Below are positions 28,027 through 37,986 of a stretch of 64,000 nucleotides of DNA, in pieces (within the stretch, counting starts at the first letter, position 1; every line of letters begins with the position of its first letter). The translations under genes and the position numbers were made by a program. Location of the stretch: positions 83,204 through 147,203 of the forward strand of contig CACKFQ010000001.1 in the NCBI GenBank assembly GCA_902599555.1. The letters are read 5' to 3'. This DNA is from an uncultured Candidatus Actinomarina sp. Its GTDB lineage: Bacteria; Actinomycetota; Acidimicrobiia; Actinomarinales; Actinomarinaceae. The notes beneath the pieces were generated by a model. The model ran no database searches. It saw only the letters and a list, made by a program, of their open reading frames with translations, and had not been told where the DNA came from.

Positions 28027-29282
28027 TTTGAATTATTAAAGTTTTCGAATCCAATTGTCTCGGCAATTCTTAAAAGCTCATTATATTTTGCTGTTCGCTC
28101 TGATCGAGCTGGGGCACCAGTCTTAATCTGCCCACTGGAAGTCCCGACAACTAGATGACTAATAAAGGAATCCTCTGTTTCTCCAGATCTGTGTGAAACC
28201 ATACTTGAATATGTGTTCTTGCTTGCTAGCTCCATAGTATTTAAAGTCTCAGTAATTGTTCCAACTTGGTTTACTTTAATTAAGATTGCATTTCCGCAAT
28301 TTTCATCAATCCCTTTTTGAAGTACTTCTTCCTGCGTAACAAATAAATCATCACCAACGAGTTGTGTGGAATCGTTTATTTTAGAAGTTAAGTATTTCCA
28401 ACCCTCCCAATCATCTTCTGCGAGCCCGTCTTCAATTGATACTATTGGGTAAGAGTTGGTAAGGTCTACTAAATAATCAGACATCTCTGTGTTAGTCAAG
28501 CTGTTGCCTTCAATCATGTAAGCACCATCTTTATAAAACTCAGATGCAGCTGCATCTAACGCTAAAGAAATTTGGTCAGAAGGTTTGTAGCCAGCTTCTG
28601 CAATTGAAAGCATTATTTCATCTAAAACTTCTTTTGATGATGTAAAGTTTGGAGCGAAACCACCTTCATCTCCTACGTTTGTTGCTAATCCTTTATCTTT
28701 CAATCTTTTCTTTAGTGTGTGGTAGACCTCAACACCTGCCTTTAACCCATCATCAAATCTTGTGAATCCGTGAGGAACAATCATAAACTCTTGAATATCG
28801 ACAGAGTTATCAGCATGAGCACCACCATTCAAAATATTCATAAAAGGTACAGGTAAAGACGGAGCTCCGTAAATGTTAGGAATAAGTTCATAAACATATT
28901 TTTTTGATGATTTTGCATTAGCAACCATGTTTGCCATTGAAACAGCAAGTATTGCATTAGCCCCAAGTTTGCTTTTGTTTTTTGTTCCATCTAGTTCAAG
29001 TAGAATTTGATCAACTTTTGACTGATCGCCGGGATCACTTCCAATTAATGTGTCGGATATCAAAGAGTTTATATTTTCGACTGCTTTGTTAACACCTTTT
29101 CCGTTAAAGTCTTGTGATTCGTCTCTTAATTCATGAGCTTCTAAACTCCCCGTTGAAGCTCCTGAAGGAACAGCTGCACGGCCCCAGCTTCCATCATCAA
29201 GAGTAACTTCTACTTCAACAGTAGGATTAGCTCGAGAATCTAGGATATACCTAGCAAATATATGTGTAATTTTTTTATTCAT
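28014..29282 (-). CDS. eno: Enolase
   Basis: N-terminal IFARYILDSRANPTVEVEV, 422 aa, canonical enolase motifs. Confidence 0.95.
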   Translation of the reverse strand: MNKKITHIFARYILDSRANPTVEVEVTLDDGSWGRAAVPSGASTGSLEAHELRDESQDFNGKGVNKAVENINSLISDTLIGSDPGDQSKVDQILLELDGTKNKSKLGANAILAVSMANMVANAKSSKKYVYELIPNIYGAPSLPVPFMNILNGGAHADNSVDIQEFMIVPHGFTRFDDGLKAGVEVYHTLKKRLKDKGLATNVGDEGGFAPNFTSSKEVLDEIMLSIAEAGYKPSDQISLALDAAASEFYKDGAYMIEGNSLTNTEMSDYLVDLTNSYPIVSIEDGLAEDDWEGWKYLTSKINDSTQLVGDDLFVTQEEVLQKGIDENCGNAILIKVNQVGTITETLNTMELASKNTYSSMVSHRSGETEDSFISHLVVGTSSGQIKTGAPARSERTAKYNELLRIAETIGFENFNNSKWQV

Positions 29283-29322
29283 AACCCTGTTACTTAAAAT
29301 TTAGCACAAATTGTTTGATTTG

Positions 29323-30063
29323 TTACTTTTCTTCGGTTTTCTTAGCTTCTGTCCACAATTTTTCTAAGTCAGAATCATCTTCAATATGTTTCTCAACATA
29401 TTTTGCTCTTTTAATAAATCTCTGAGTTGATTTATTTAGTTGTATTTCTGGATCAGCATCTAAATATCTACATACATTAACAATGGCAAATAAAACATCA
29501 CCGATTTCACTTTTCCGTTCATCCAGATTTTCAGCTTCTTCTAGCTCTTTAACTTCAGAAAGTAAATCCTCAAGAGCTTCTTCATAGCTTGCATAAGAGA
29601 GGTTAAGTTTTTTTGCTTTTCTCTGTGTTTTGAAAGCTCTTGTTATTGATGGTAATTTACTATTTATATCATCAAATATTGAGTCGTCACTATCTTTTTG
29701 TTTTAATGTCTCCCATTGTTTTTCTACTTCTTCAGCGCTATCGAGTTTTACATCACCAAAAACATGTGGGTGGCGTTCGATTAATTTTGCTTGAAGTGAT
29801 TTTATTACATCAACTATTGCAAATTTATTATTTTCCTCAGCAATTTTTGAATGAAGTAAAATTTGGAGCAGCAGATCTCCCAATTCATCTTTTACATGTT
29901 CATAATTTGAATCTTTTTCTTCAATGCTTGCAAGTGAGTCCAATAATTCATATGCTTCCTCAATTAGGTGTCTTGATAACGATTCATGTGTCTGCTCCAT
30001 ATCCCAGGGACATTCTTCTCGGAGCTTTTTTACAATGCCTACAAGTTCATCAAACTCATTCAT
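29323..30063 (-). CDS. mazG: Nucleoside triphosphate pyrophosphohydrolase MazG
   Basis: Tandem MazG domains with EE.YEL motifs and N-terminal LREECPWD. Confidence 0.8.
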   Translation of the reverse strand: MNEFDELVGIVKKLREECPWDMEQTHESLSRHLIEEAYELLDSLASIEEKDSNYEHVKDELGDLLLQILLHSKIAEENNKFAIVDVIKSLQAKLIERHPHVFGDVKLDSAEEVEKQWETLKQKDSDDSIFDDINSKLPSITRAFKTQRKAKKLNLSYASYEEALEDLLSEVKELEEAENLDERKSEIGDVLFAIVNVCRYLDADPEIQLNKSTQRFIKRAKYVEKHIEDDSDLEKLWTEAKKTEEK

Positions 30064-30065
30064 AA

Positions 30066-33000
30066 TTAAAGACTACTATTTAATATTCCATATACGCTGT
30101 CTGGAGTTAAGACATCCTTAAAGTTTAAAACTAAGCGTTTATTTCTAAAGATAAACTTTTTATCTATTTTTTTAATCCTCAAATTTACTTCTTCAGTCAA
30201 GTCAACCGGGAAGAGTTCAATCTGAGATTCTCTTATTTTGCACCTTAAAATGTTTTTTTCACTCAACACAGATCTTATCTTTGCACTAATGAACAAGTTA
30301 TTAGATACCTCCGGAAGTTCACCAAACCTATCGATAATTTCAGCTTTGACTTCATCAACTTTTGAATGATGAGTATGCTCTAGTCTTTTATAAATATCTA
30401 TTCTCTCAGAGTCTGCATCTATATAGCTTTTAGGAATTGAAGATCCCCAAAAACAATCTAATTTTATTTCCGGCTTTATATCTGGCTTTACTGAATCTAT
30501 TGATTCATCTAAAGATTCTAAGACATATTGGTTAAAAATATTAAGTCCGACATTTGCAATAAAGCCTGATTGTATATCTCCTAAAATACTTCCAGAACCT
30601 CTAAGTTGTAAATCTTTCATAGCTAATGAGTATCCAGTAGCTGTCTGGCCGATGGATTTAATTGCATCTAATCTTAACTCTGCATCTATCCCTAAATTGC
30701 TTGAATGAAAGAAATAGGCAAAACTTTGGTCTCCTCTTCTTCCAACCCGTCCTTTAAGTTGATAGAGCTGGGACATGCCTAATAACTCTGATCTAAGAGT
30801 TATGAGGGTATTCACTTTTGGTAAATCAATTCCGGCTTCCACAATTGTGGTAGCAAACAAAACATCTACTTTACGATCCCAAACATCTTGCATTGTATTT
30901 TCTATTTGTTCTGCAGACAATTGGCCATGTAAAATTTTGTGATTTAAGTTTGTAAATTGTTTTGAGATAATCTTCATCCATTCTTCAAGCTCACTAATTC
31001 TGTTGAGTACAAAGAAGACTTGACCTCCTCTTGAAATCTCTCTCTGAATAGCAAGAGCAATAGCTGACTCATCAACACTACCAACGTGAGTTAATGTCTC
31101 TAGTCTGTTTTCTGGTGGCGTTTCGATTCTTGATGTTTCTCTAATTCCCATAAGAGATTGTTCAAGTGTTCTTGGAATTGGAGTTGCAGTTAACGTTAAT
31201 TTATGGACCTGAGTAGCTAAGTTCTGCAGTCTGTCTTTTGCTTCAACTCCAAATCTATGTTCTTCATCAATTACGATTAATTTTAAGTTATTGAATGTAA
31301 CATCATCGCTTAGAAGTCTATGTGTTCCGATAACAATGTCCACAGTTCCATCGTTAACACCTTTAATAATGTCTTTTAAGTCTTTCTTTTTTATAAATCT
31401 GCTTAAGTGCTTAATGTTTAATGGATAATTTTCTAATCTATTAACAAAAGTTTCAATATGCTGCTGGACAAGAATTGTCGTAGGGGCAAGAACTGCAACT
31501 TGTCCTCCTGAAAAAGCTACTTTTACCGCTGCTCTAAGTGCAACTTCCGTCTTTCCATATCCAACATCTCCAAAAATTAATCTATCCATTGGAGTGTTTT
31601 TACCTAAGTCTTCTTTTACATCATTTATTGCAGTTAACTGATCTGGAGTTTCGACGTATTCAAAATCGCTTTCTATTTCTGCCTGCCACGGGGTATCCTC
31701 ATCAATAATTAGGCTGTTGTTTTCAATTTTTCTTAATTTGTAAAGATTCAAAACTCTATCGGCTATAACCTTTGCATTTTGTTTGGCTTTTTCTTTTGCT
31801 CGCTCCCACTCTCCGCCGCCTAACCTAGATAATCTTGGATTTTCACCACCTACGTAAACTTCAAGTTCATTAATCTGATCAGACGGTACGTAAAGTCTGT
31901 CCGTTCCACCAAACTTAATCGATAGATAGTCTTTATCTACATCTTTAATTTTCTTAACTTCAGTTCCCTCATAAAGCCCTATACCGTGAAACTTGTGGAC
32001 AACATAAGTATTTGGGACAAGGATTGATTCCTCATTTAATTTCCTATGTTTAACTTTTTTATCTTTTGGTTTTCTATTGGTAAATAATGATTCATCAATA
32101 ACTGCAATACTCATCTCTGGGAAAACTGCTGAGTATGAAAACGGATGTTCAGCGATTTGTAAATTGGTAATTCCTGAAAACTTTTCTGTAATTTTTTCAT
32201 TACTACTTGATAAATAAACCTTTGCTAAATTATTAATTTTTTGCAAAACATTATCTGCGCTTAAGCCATCTAAAAATTGTGGTATATTACTGATGTTCTC
32301 TAAATTATTTGTGGCATAAAAAATTGTTTCAAATTTATTTATTTCTTCAAGTGTATCTATATACCTTGATTTCATTTTTGAAACATTCAAAGAAAAAAAC
32401 TTTTGTAAATTATTAAAACTATCATCTTCAATCTTTTGAAGCTCACTAAAAACTTCTTTACATGAATTGAAGTCGATTATATTAATGCTTATATCCTCTG
32501 GTACAAAATCTAGTAATGACTTATAGTTTTCTAGATTTTGTGAAAATTGAAATAATTCGTATTCGTCTAAATCTTTTTTTGATTCTATTTCTAGTGATTT
32601 ATAAATATCTTCCTGGTTTGCCTGAAACAATTCAGATGAAGGGGTTATTAAAACTTTTTTTATATTTTTTATTGATCTTTGGGTAATGTAATCAAATAAT
32701 TTTAATTCGACAACTTCATCACTATTAAAAATAATTCTTACAGGGTATTCACTGTTAAGAGGATAAATATCAATCTGCCCACCACGAATAGAAAATGTTC
32801 CTCTAGACTCAACCCTGTCTTTATTTACATATTTAAGGAAAGCAAGGTTTTCTATTAAATTTTCAAAATCTACTTCTTGTCCAATTTGTATATCTATTAC
32901 ATCTAAATCATTAATAAATATTTTTTGAGTGAAGGATTTCATACTCATTGCAATATCAAAAGATTCCATAACAAGAAGATTGTGGAGAGTTTGAAGTCTT

Positions 33001-33218
33001 TTTCCTTGTATTTCTAGAGATGGAGTAAATGAGTCATAAGACAAAGTATCCCATGCAGGAAAGTGGGATGCCTCAGGCACAAAATTAGAAAAATTGTTGT
33101 AAAACTCTAGAGCTTCTTTTTCTGTAGAAAAAATATAAATATTTTTTCTATCTCTTTTATTTAAATAAAAGAATGGTGCTAGAGATTCAAGAGAATAATT
33201 GAATGTTTCTACATTCAT
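30066..33218 (-). CDS. mfd: Transcription-repair coupling factor
   Basis: 1050 aa with UvrB-homology domains, superfamily 2 helicase motifs (GDVGYGKTEVA, DEEHRFG) and the TRG/C-terminal domain. Confidence 0.9.
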   Translation of the reverse strand: MNVETFNYSLESLAPFFYLNKRDRKNIYIFSTEKEALEFYNNFSNFVPEASHFPAWDTLSYDSFTPSLEIQGKRLQTLHNLLVMESFDIAMSMKSFTQKIFINDLDVIDIQIGQEVDFENLIENLAFLKYVNKDRVESRGTFSIRGGQIDIYPLNSEYPVRIIFNSDEVVELKLFDYITQRSIKNIKKVLITPSSELFQANQEDIYKSLEIESKKDLDEYELFQFSQNLENYKSLLDFVPEDISINIIDFNSCKEVFSELQKIEDDSFNNLQKFFSLNVSKMKSRYIDTLEEINKFETIFYATNNLENISNIPQFLDGLSADNVLQKINNLAKVYLSSSNEKITEKFSGITNLQIAEHPFSYSAVFPEMSIAVIDESLFTNRKPKDKKVKHRKLNEESILVPNTYVVHKFHGIGLYEGTEVKKIKDVDKDYLSIKFGGTDRLYVPSDQINELEVYVGGENPRLSRLGGGEWERAKEKAKQNAKVIADRVLNLYKLRKIENNSLIIDEDTPWQAEIESDFEYVETPDQLTAINDVKEDLGKNTPMDRLIFGDVGYGKTEVALRAAVKVAFSGGQVAVLAPTTILVQQHIETFVNRLENYPLNIKHLSRFIKKKDLKDIIKGVNDGTVDIVIGTHRLLSDDVTFNNLKLIVIDEEHRFGVEAKDRLQNLATQVHKLTLTATPIPRTLEQSLMGIRETSRIETPPENRLETLTHVGSVDESAIALAIQREISRGGQVFFVLNRISELEEWMKIISKQFTNLNHKILHGQLSAEQIENTMQDVWDRKVDVLFATTIVEAGIDLPKVNTLITLRSELLGMSQLYQLKGRVGRRGDQSFAYFFHSSNLGIDAELRLDAIKSIGQTATGYSLAMKDLQLRGSGSILGDIQSGFIANVGLNIFNQYVLESLDESIDSVKPDIKPEIKLDCFWGSSIPKSYIDADSERIDIYKRLEHTHHSKVDEVKAEIIDRFGELPEVSNNLFISAKIRSVLSEKNILRCKIRESQIELFPVDLTEEVNLRIKKIDKKFIFRNKRLVLNFKDVLTPDSVYGILNSSL

Positions 33219-33221
33219 AGC

Positions 33222-34217
33222 TTAAATTTTTTTAAGATTTACGTAGCTCTCATCAATTAACCAATTGATAGTTTTCTTCATAAACATTTCTAAATCGATA
33301 TAGTTTATATTTAATTTATCCTCAGCTTTAGAACCGTCATAAATATGTCCATGCGTTAAAACTCTTGCTGACTCACTACATATTAATGGGGATGAATTAG
33401 ATACTAGCTTATAAAGATCTCCTAGTGGTGCAATAATTTTCAAGCCCGATTTTGGAATATACATAGGCCTGCCTGACCATTCCGATAATGACATAAGTTT
33501 CGATAGCAACTCCTCACTTGTTGTTTGAAAACTATTTAAAACATACCTCTCATTGGCTTCGCCATTTAACAGAGCTTGATAATGTCCATCTGTGCAATCG
33601 TCAATATCAACAATTGAGATATTATTCTTTATCAAAGGCGGATATTTTTTATTAAGCGTGGATATTAAGAATTTTGCTGTTCCAGATACACGACCAGGTC
33701 CCTGTACAGAAGAGGGATTAACAGATACAAACTGAAAGTCTTTGTCGTAGTTAAATGCTTCTTTTTCAGCTAAAAACTTTGATTCTTCATATTTACTAAG
33801 GAAGTAGCCTCTGTGGTTGGATAACTCGTTGCCAACAGATCCTAATTTTTCTCCTAAAGTAACTGCAGATGATGTATAAATAAATTTTTTAATCTTTAAC
33901 CTGTTACCAAGTTCAAGCATTTGTTTAGTTCCTTCTACATTTGCTTTAAACATTCCATCTGGATTCTTGGAACACATTTTATTAACCCCTGCAATATGGA
34001 AAATTGCATCTATGTTTTTGTCAGAGAGGTGATCGTAAGTTGATTCTGAAAATAGATCTCCTTTAATCTTTGTTACCCCAAGGCTTGAAAACAAACGATC
34101 GTTGTCCCTTGATCTTGAAAGTGCAAAAACATTATGACCCTGATCAACTATTTTTCTTAAAAGTGGTTTACCAACAACTCCAGTCGAACCGGTAATAAAA
34201 ATATTGTTGTATTTCAT
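33222..34217 (-). CDS. NAD-dependent epimerase/dehydratase family protein (extended SDR)
   Basis: N-terminal Rossmann ITGSTGVVGKPL, YxxxK-type region, 331 aa. Confidence 0.7.
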   Translation of the reverse strand: MKYNNIFITGSTGVVGKPLLRKIVDQGHNVFALSRSRDNDRLFSSLGVTKIKGDLFSESTYDHLSDKNIDAIFHIAGVNKMCSKNPDGMFKANVEGTKQMLELGNRLKIKKFIYTSSAVTLGEKLGSVGNELSNHRGYFLSKYEESKFLAEKEAFNYDKDFQFVSVNPSSVQGPGRVSGTAKFLISTLNKKYPPLIKNNISIVDIDDCTDGHYQALLNGEANERYVLNSFQTTSEELLSKLMSLSEWSGRPMYIPKSGLKIIAPLGDLYKLVSNSSPLICSESARVLTHGHIYDGSKAEDKLNINYIDLEMFMKKTINWLIDESYVNLKKI

Positions 34218-34759
34218 TTAGTTTGCTTTAAATAACCAGATATATATTGATAGCCAGATATATATGAAAAAATTAAAGCATGCAGAACAAATAAATCTGC
34301 AATTGTAAAACTTAGGATACTAAGTGGAAAATCCATCATAACAAAACCGACAGCCCAAAATTGAAGGCTTGCTTTTGCTTTACCAAATTTGCTAGGAGGA
34401 ATCATTATTCCCTCATTGCCTGCAAGGCCTCTTAAGCCAGTAATTACAAATTCTCTAGCAATCAGTAAAACAGTAATCCAAATACTAACTCTTTCAATGT
34501 AAGTAAAACCAACAAATATAAAAGTTATGAAAATTTTATCTGCAATTGTGTCTAAAAATGCACCAGTCTTTGAAGATACATCCCATTTTCTTGCTAGTCG
34601 GCCATCGAAGAAATCTGTCCAAGCAGCAATAAAAGCAACTATTGCTGGAACTAACATTAATCCTTCACTACTTCCATCGATTAACAGCAAATATAAAATT
34701 ACTGGTGCAGAGAAAATTCGAAATAAAGCTAATAAGTCTGGTATATATTTTTTCATCAA
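34214..34759 (-). CDS. CDP-alcohol phosphatidyltransferase family protein (PgsA/PIP-synthase-like)
   Basis: DFFDGRLARKWDVSSKTGAFLDTIADK matches the D-G-x2-A-R...G-x3-D-x3-D signature. It has multiple TM helices. Confidence 0.8.
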   Translation of the reverse strand: MMKKYIPDLLALFRIFSAPVILYLLLIDGSSEGLMLVPAIVAFIAAWTDFFDGRLARKWDVSSKTGAFLDTIADKIFITFIFVGFTYIERVSIWITVLLIAREFVITGLRGLAGNEGIMIPPSKFGKAKASLQFWAVGFVMMDFPLSILSFTIADLFVLHALIFSYISGYQYISGYLKQTK

Positions 34760-35394
34760 ATCACATCAATAATTCTGCGCTCAGAGGCATCTTTAATGGC
34801 TAATTCTTTATCTTTTAAGAAGGTATTTAAAATATCAATGGAATCTTCTATCAAGAATTCAACCTCTTCCTTTTCCTCATTATAAAACTTTGATAACACA
34901 AAATCAGCTGGGTCAATTCCTTGTGGAGGTCTTCCTACTCCTACTTTAAATTTGTAATAATCTTCAGCATTTAAAACTCTATTTGTTGACTTGATTCCAT
35001 TATGACCGCCATCTGAACTTCCTTTTTTAATTCTTATACGACCGAATGCAAGGTCAATATCATCGTGAACAACGACTACTTCTGTATTTTCTTTATTGTT
35101 ATATTTAAAGTAACTTTTTAATGCATCCCCAGAATTGTTCATTGAAACCATAGGTAAGATTATTTCAACATTGGATCCGTTAATTTCGGCAGATGAAAAA
35201 TTGTAAATACTATTTTTATCGAGTTTAAATTCTAAATTATTTTTCTTACAAAAACGAATCAGAATGTCAGCGCCTATATTGTGTCGTGTCTTTGAATATT
35301 TATCTTGTGGATTCCAGAGACCAACAAATAAAGTTTTGTTATTCTCCAGATTCATCTGAGGACTCTTCCTCAACAGTCTCTTCAGAAGATTCAC
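34756..35394 (-). CDS. pth: Peptidyl-tRNA hydrolase (start probably at Met-14, nt 35355)
   Basis: LFVGLWNPQDKYSKTRHNIG matches the Pth N-terminal motif. Using the first Met would overlap rplY by 56 nt. Confidence 0.85.
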   Translation of the reverse strand: MNLLKRLLRKSPQMNLENNKTLFVGLWNPQDKYSKTRHNIGADILIRFCKKNNLEFKLDKNSIYNFSSAEINGSNVEIILPMVSMNNSGDALKSYFKYNNKENTEVVVVHDDIDLAFGRIRIKKGSSDGGHNGIKSTNRVLNAEDYYKFKVGVGRPPQGIDPADFVLSKFYNEEKEEVEFLIEDSIDILNTFLKDKELAIKDASERRIIDVI

Positions 35395-36022
35395 CTTCGG
35401 CTCCCACTTCGCCTTCTACTTCTTCGCCCTCAAGACCTTCAATATCTTCTTCCTCTTCAATTGCTGCTCTTGGTACAGTAATTGTAATCAAAATTGAATC
35501 ATCTTCTGCATCTGCTAATTCTACACCTTCAGGTAACGAGACATCTCCAGCTGCTAGGTTATCTCCAACATTTAATTCAGAAATATCTAAATCAAGAGAA
35601 GTTGGAATATTTGTTGGAAGAGCTGAAATGGTAATGGAGGAGTTGATTGTTTGAACAATTCCACCTTCTTCTTTAACTCCCATTGGCGTTCCTATAAAGT
35701 TAATTTGTACATCAGCATCAACAGTCTTTGTTAAGTCTATTTGAATGAAATCAACATGTAAAAATTCATTACGATAAACATGTTTTTGTATTTCTCTAGC
35801 TAGTGCTGTGTATTTATCCTTGCCAACTTCTAGGTTAAAAATTACGTTTGAACCTGCTTCAGTTTTTAATGCATTTGTAAATTCTCTAGCGTCTATTTCT
35901 ACAGAGACTGGTTCCATGCCCAAACCATAAACAACAGCTGGAATACTGCCTTCACCCCTGGTTCTTCTTGATTGAGCAGATCCAGTATTGTCTCTTACAA
36001 TTGCTTTTAAACTTGTTTCCAT
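35339..36022 (-). CDS. rplY: 50S ribosomal protein L25/general stress protein Ctc, with acidic C-terminal tail
   Basis: L25 N-terminal motif (RTRGEGSIPAVVYG), a Ctc-type extended C-terminal domain ending in an E/S-rich tail, and the conserved pth-adjacent position. Confidence 0.85.
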   Translation of the reverse strand: METSLKAIVRDNTGSAQSRRTRGEGSIPAVVYGLGMEPVSVEIDAREFTNALKTEAGSNVIFNLEVGKDKYTALAREIQKHVYRNEFLHVDFIQIDLTKTVDADVQINFIGTPMGVKEEGGIVQTINSSITISALPTNIPTSLDLDISELNVGDNLAAGDVSLPEGVELADAEDDSILITITVPRAAIEEEEDIEGLEGEEVEGEVGAEGESSEETVEEESSDESGE

Positions 36023-36079
36023 ATTTATCCTTACGAATTATATAGAGTAATAAATTTTATTTGCTACTCAAAGCAGTAT

Positions 36080-36877
36080 TTATGCTTTTTCTGTAGCCTT
36101 TCGAGCTGAAAGAACCGCAAGTGTGAGGGTTAATGCAGCAAATAATCCAGCAGAAATATAGCCTCTAAATAAAACATCAAGTTCCCAACCATCAACCATA
36201 ACTGCTCTCATTGCTTCAATAACATAAGTTGTTGGGTTATATGCTGCAGCAGTTTCAAGCCAACCTTTTAGGGCTTCTCGTGGAACAAATGTTGGTGCAA
36301 GAAAAATAGCAGGGAAAAATAAAAAAGTAGCTGCTTGTGCTCCCTGTGAAGAGCCCGATTTAACACCTGCTGCTACAGAATATCCAGCAAAGCCCATTCC
36401 CCAGATAAAGGCTATCGACAGAACTATCAAAAATCCAATATTGCCAACTGCAGGATCTGCACCAATTATTATTCCAATAAATAAAATGAGGCTTGATTGC
36501 AACAGTACTCTCAAGGCACCTACATTCATTGGTGCCAAAATAATAGCCCATCTTGAGATTGGCATGCTCTGATAACGTTTAAATACACCAGATTCAATAT
36601 CTTCTACCAAATAAATTCCTGATGCTGCACCACTCAAAGAGGCTGAAACTATTGAAACTGGGAGAATAAAATTTATAAAATTTCCTTTAGCAAAATCAAA
36701 AGGTGTTCCGCTAGCAGTACCACCAAAAACACCTCCTAAGGCGCCATCATATACAAACAAGAAAAATGCTGAAATAATTAAATTTGGTAACTCAGCAAGT
36801 GGTCTTCTTACAACTCTCAAAACCATTCGTTTTGTCAAAATTTGTAGTTGTACTAGAAAAGACCTATTTGATACCAT
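36080..36877 (-). CDS. ABC-2 type transporter permease
   Basis: Six TM helices, 265 aa, immediately downstream of its ATPase. Confidence 0.75.
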   Translation of the reverse strand: MVSNRSFLVQLQILTKRMVLRVVRRPLAELPNLIISAFFLFVYDGALGGVFGGTASGTPFDFAKGNFINFILPVSIVSASLSGAASGIYLVEDIESGVFKRYQSMPISRWAIILAPMNVGALRVLLQSSLILFIGIIIGADPAVGNIGFLIVLSIAFIWGMGFAGYSVAAGVKSGSSQGAQAATFLFFPAIFLAPTFVPREALKGWLETAAAYNPTTYVIEAMRAVMVDGWELDVLFRGYISAGLFAALTLTLAVLSARKATEKA

Positions 36878-37866
36878 TATCTCTCGCTCTTTTCTTCTTC
36901 CTTTGTAATATCTTCAGAACCTTCTAGTCTATATCCAGTTACTTCAAGAAAAACATCGTCTAAAGTAGGTTTGCTCGCTGAAACTGAACTTACTTCAACT
37001 CCATTACTACTAAGGTCTTTTAAATATCCAGGGATTTTTGACGCCCCATCCTCAACTGTGATTCTTAATTCATTTTTTTCTTGAACTGTATTTTTTAAAA
37101 TATTTTTTGCATTTTCTAAATCATTATTATTTTCAAATGCAAAAGTTATTACATCACCACCTATACCTGCTTTTAATTCATCTGATGTTCCCTCTGCAAC
37201 AACCAAGCCCTCGTCGATGATTGCAATCCTGTCGGCTAACTCATCAGCTTCTTCAAGATACTGAGTTGTAAGAATAATTGTTACCCCATTATCACGAAGA
37301 CGTTTAATTTCATCCCATAAAACTCTTCTAGATCCTGGATCTAAGCCTGTAGTTGGCTCATCTAAAAAAAGAATTTCTGGAGAGTGAACTAAGCTTAAGC
37401 CAAGGTCTAGCCTTCGTTTCATACCACCGGAATAAGTTTTTACTCTTCTATCAGCGGCTTCCTTCAAGCCAACTAGTTCTAAAAGCTCTGTTGTTCTCTT
37501 TTCAGAATCTTTTTTTGAATATCCCCAAAGCCTGCATGTTGTAAAAAATAATTCTTTTCCAGTTAACAAGTTATCTATTCCAGTATCTTGAAGGGCTACA
37601 CCAATTTTTTCTCTAACTTCTTTATCTTTTGAAGAAACATCTAGTCCTAAAACAGAAGCTCTTCCATCGGTAATACTTAATAGAGTTGTGAGCATTAAAA
37701 TTGTTGTAGATTTACCTGCACCATTTGGACCAAGTAACCCAAAGATTTCACCTTGTTTTACTTGAAAACTAACATCTTTTACAGCTTCAACAGTATCTTG
37801 TTTACTGATAAAAGTTTTCTTAATATTTTTAACGTCTACTGCTAACATAATGTACCTATAAGCCAA
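36877..37866 (-). CDS. ABC transporter ATP-binding protein (ABC-2/DrrA-like)
   Basis: Walker A GPNGAGKST, signature YSGGMKRRL, Walker B ILFLDEPTTGLD, and a C-terminal accessory domain. Confidence 0.85.
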   Translation of the reverse strand: MAYRYIMLAVDVKNIKKTFISKQDTVEAVKDVSFQVKQGEIFGLLGPNGAGKSTTILMLTTLLSITDGRASVLGLDVSSKDKEVREKIGVALQDTGIDNLLTGKELFFTTCRLWGYSKKDSEKRTTELLELVGLKEAADRRVKTYSGGMKRRLDLGLSLVHSPEILFLDEPTTGLDPGSRRVLWDEIKRLRDNGVTIILTTQYLEEADELADRIAIIDEGLVVAEGTSDELKAGIGGDVITFAFENNNDLENAKNILKNTVQEKNELRITVEDGASKIPGYLKDLSSNGVEVSSVSASKPTLDDVFLEVTGYRLEGSEDITKEEEKSER

Positions 37867-37902
37867 AATCTATTTTGATACTAATGGTGTTGTGATTTTA
37901 TT

Positions 37903-37975
37903 GGCCTCGTAGCTCAGGGGATAGAGCACAGGTTTCCTAAACCTGGTGTCGCAGGTTCGAATCCTGCCGAGGCCG
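37903..37975 (+). tRNA. tRNA-Arg (anticodon CCT)
   Basis: GGCCTCGTAGCTCAGGGGATAGAGCACAGGTTTCCTAAACCTG...GGTTCGAATCCTGCCGAGGCCG. It has a 7-bp acceptor stem, anticodon loop TTCCTAA and a TPsiC loop. Confidence 0.85.
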
Positions 37976-37986
37976 CTCTTTAAAAA

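Noticed and set aside
35286-35654. ORF of 122 aa, S/P-rich, on the + strand
   Set aside because: It is the antisense reading of the acidic E/S-rich tail of ribosomal protein L25/Ctc, so the low-complexity artefact explains it.
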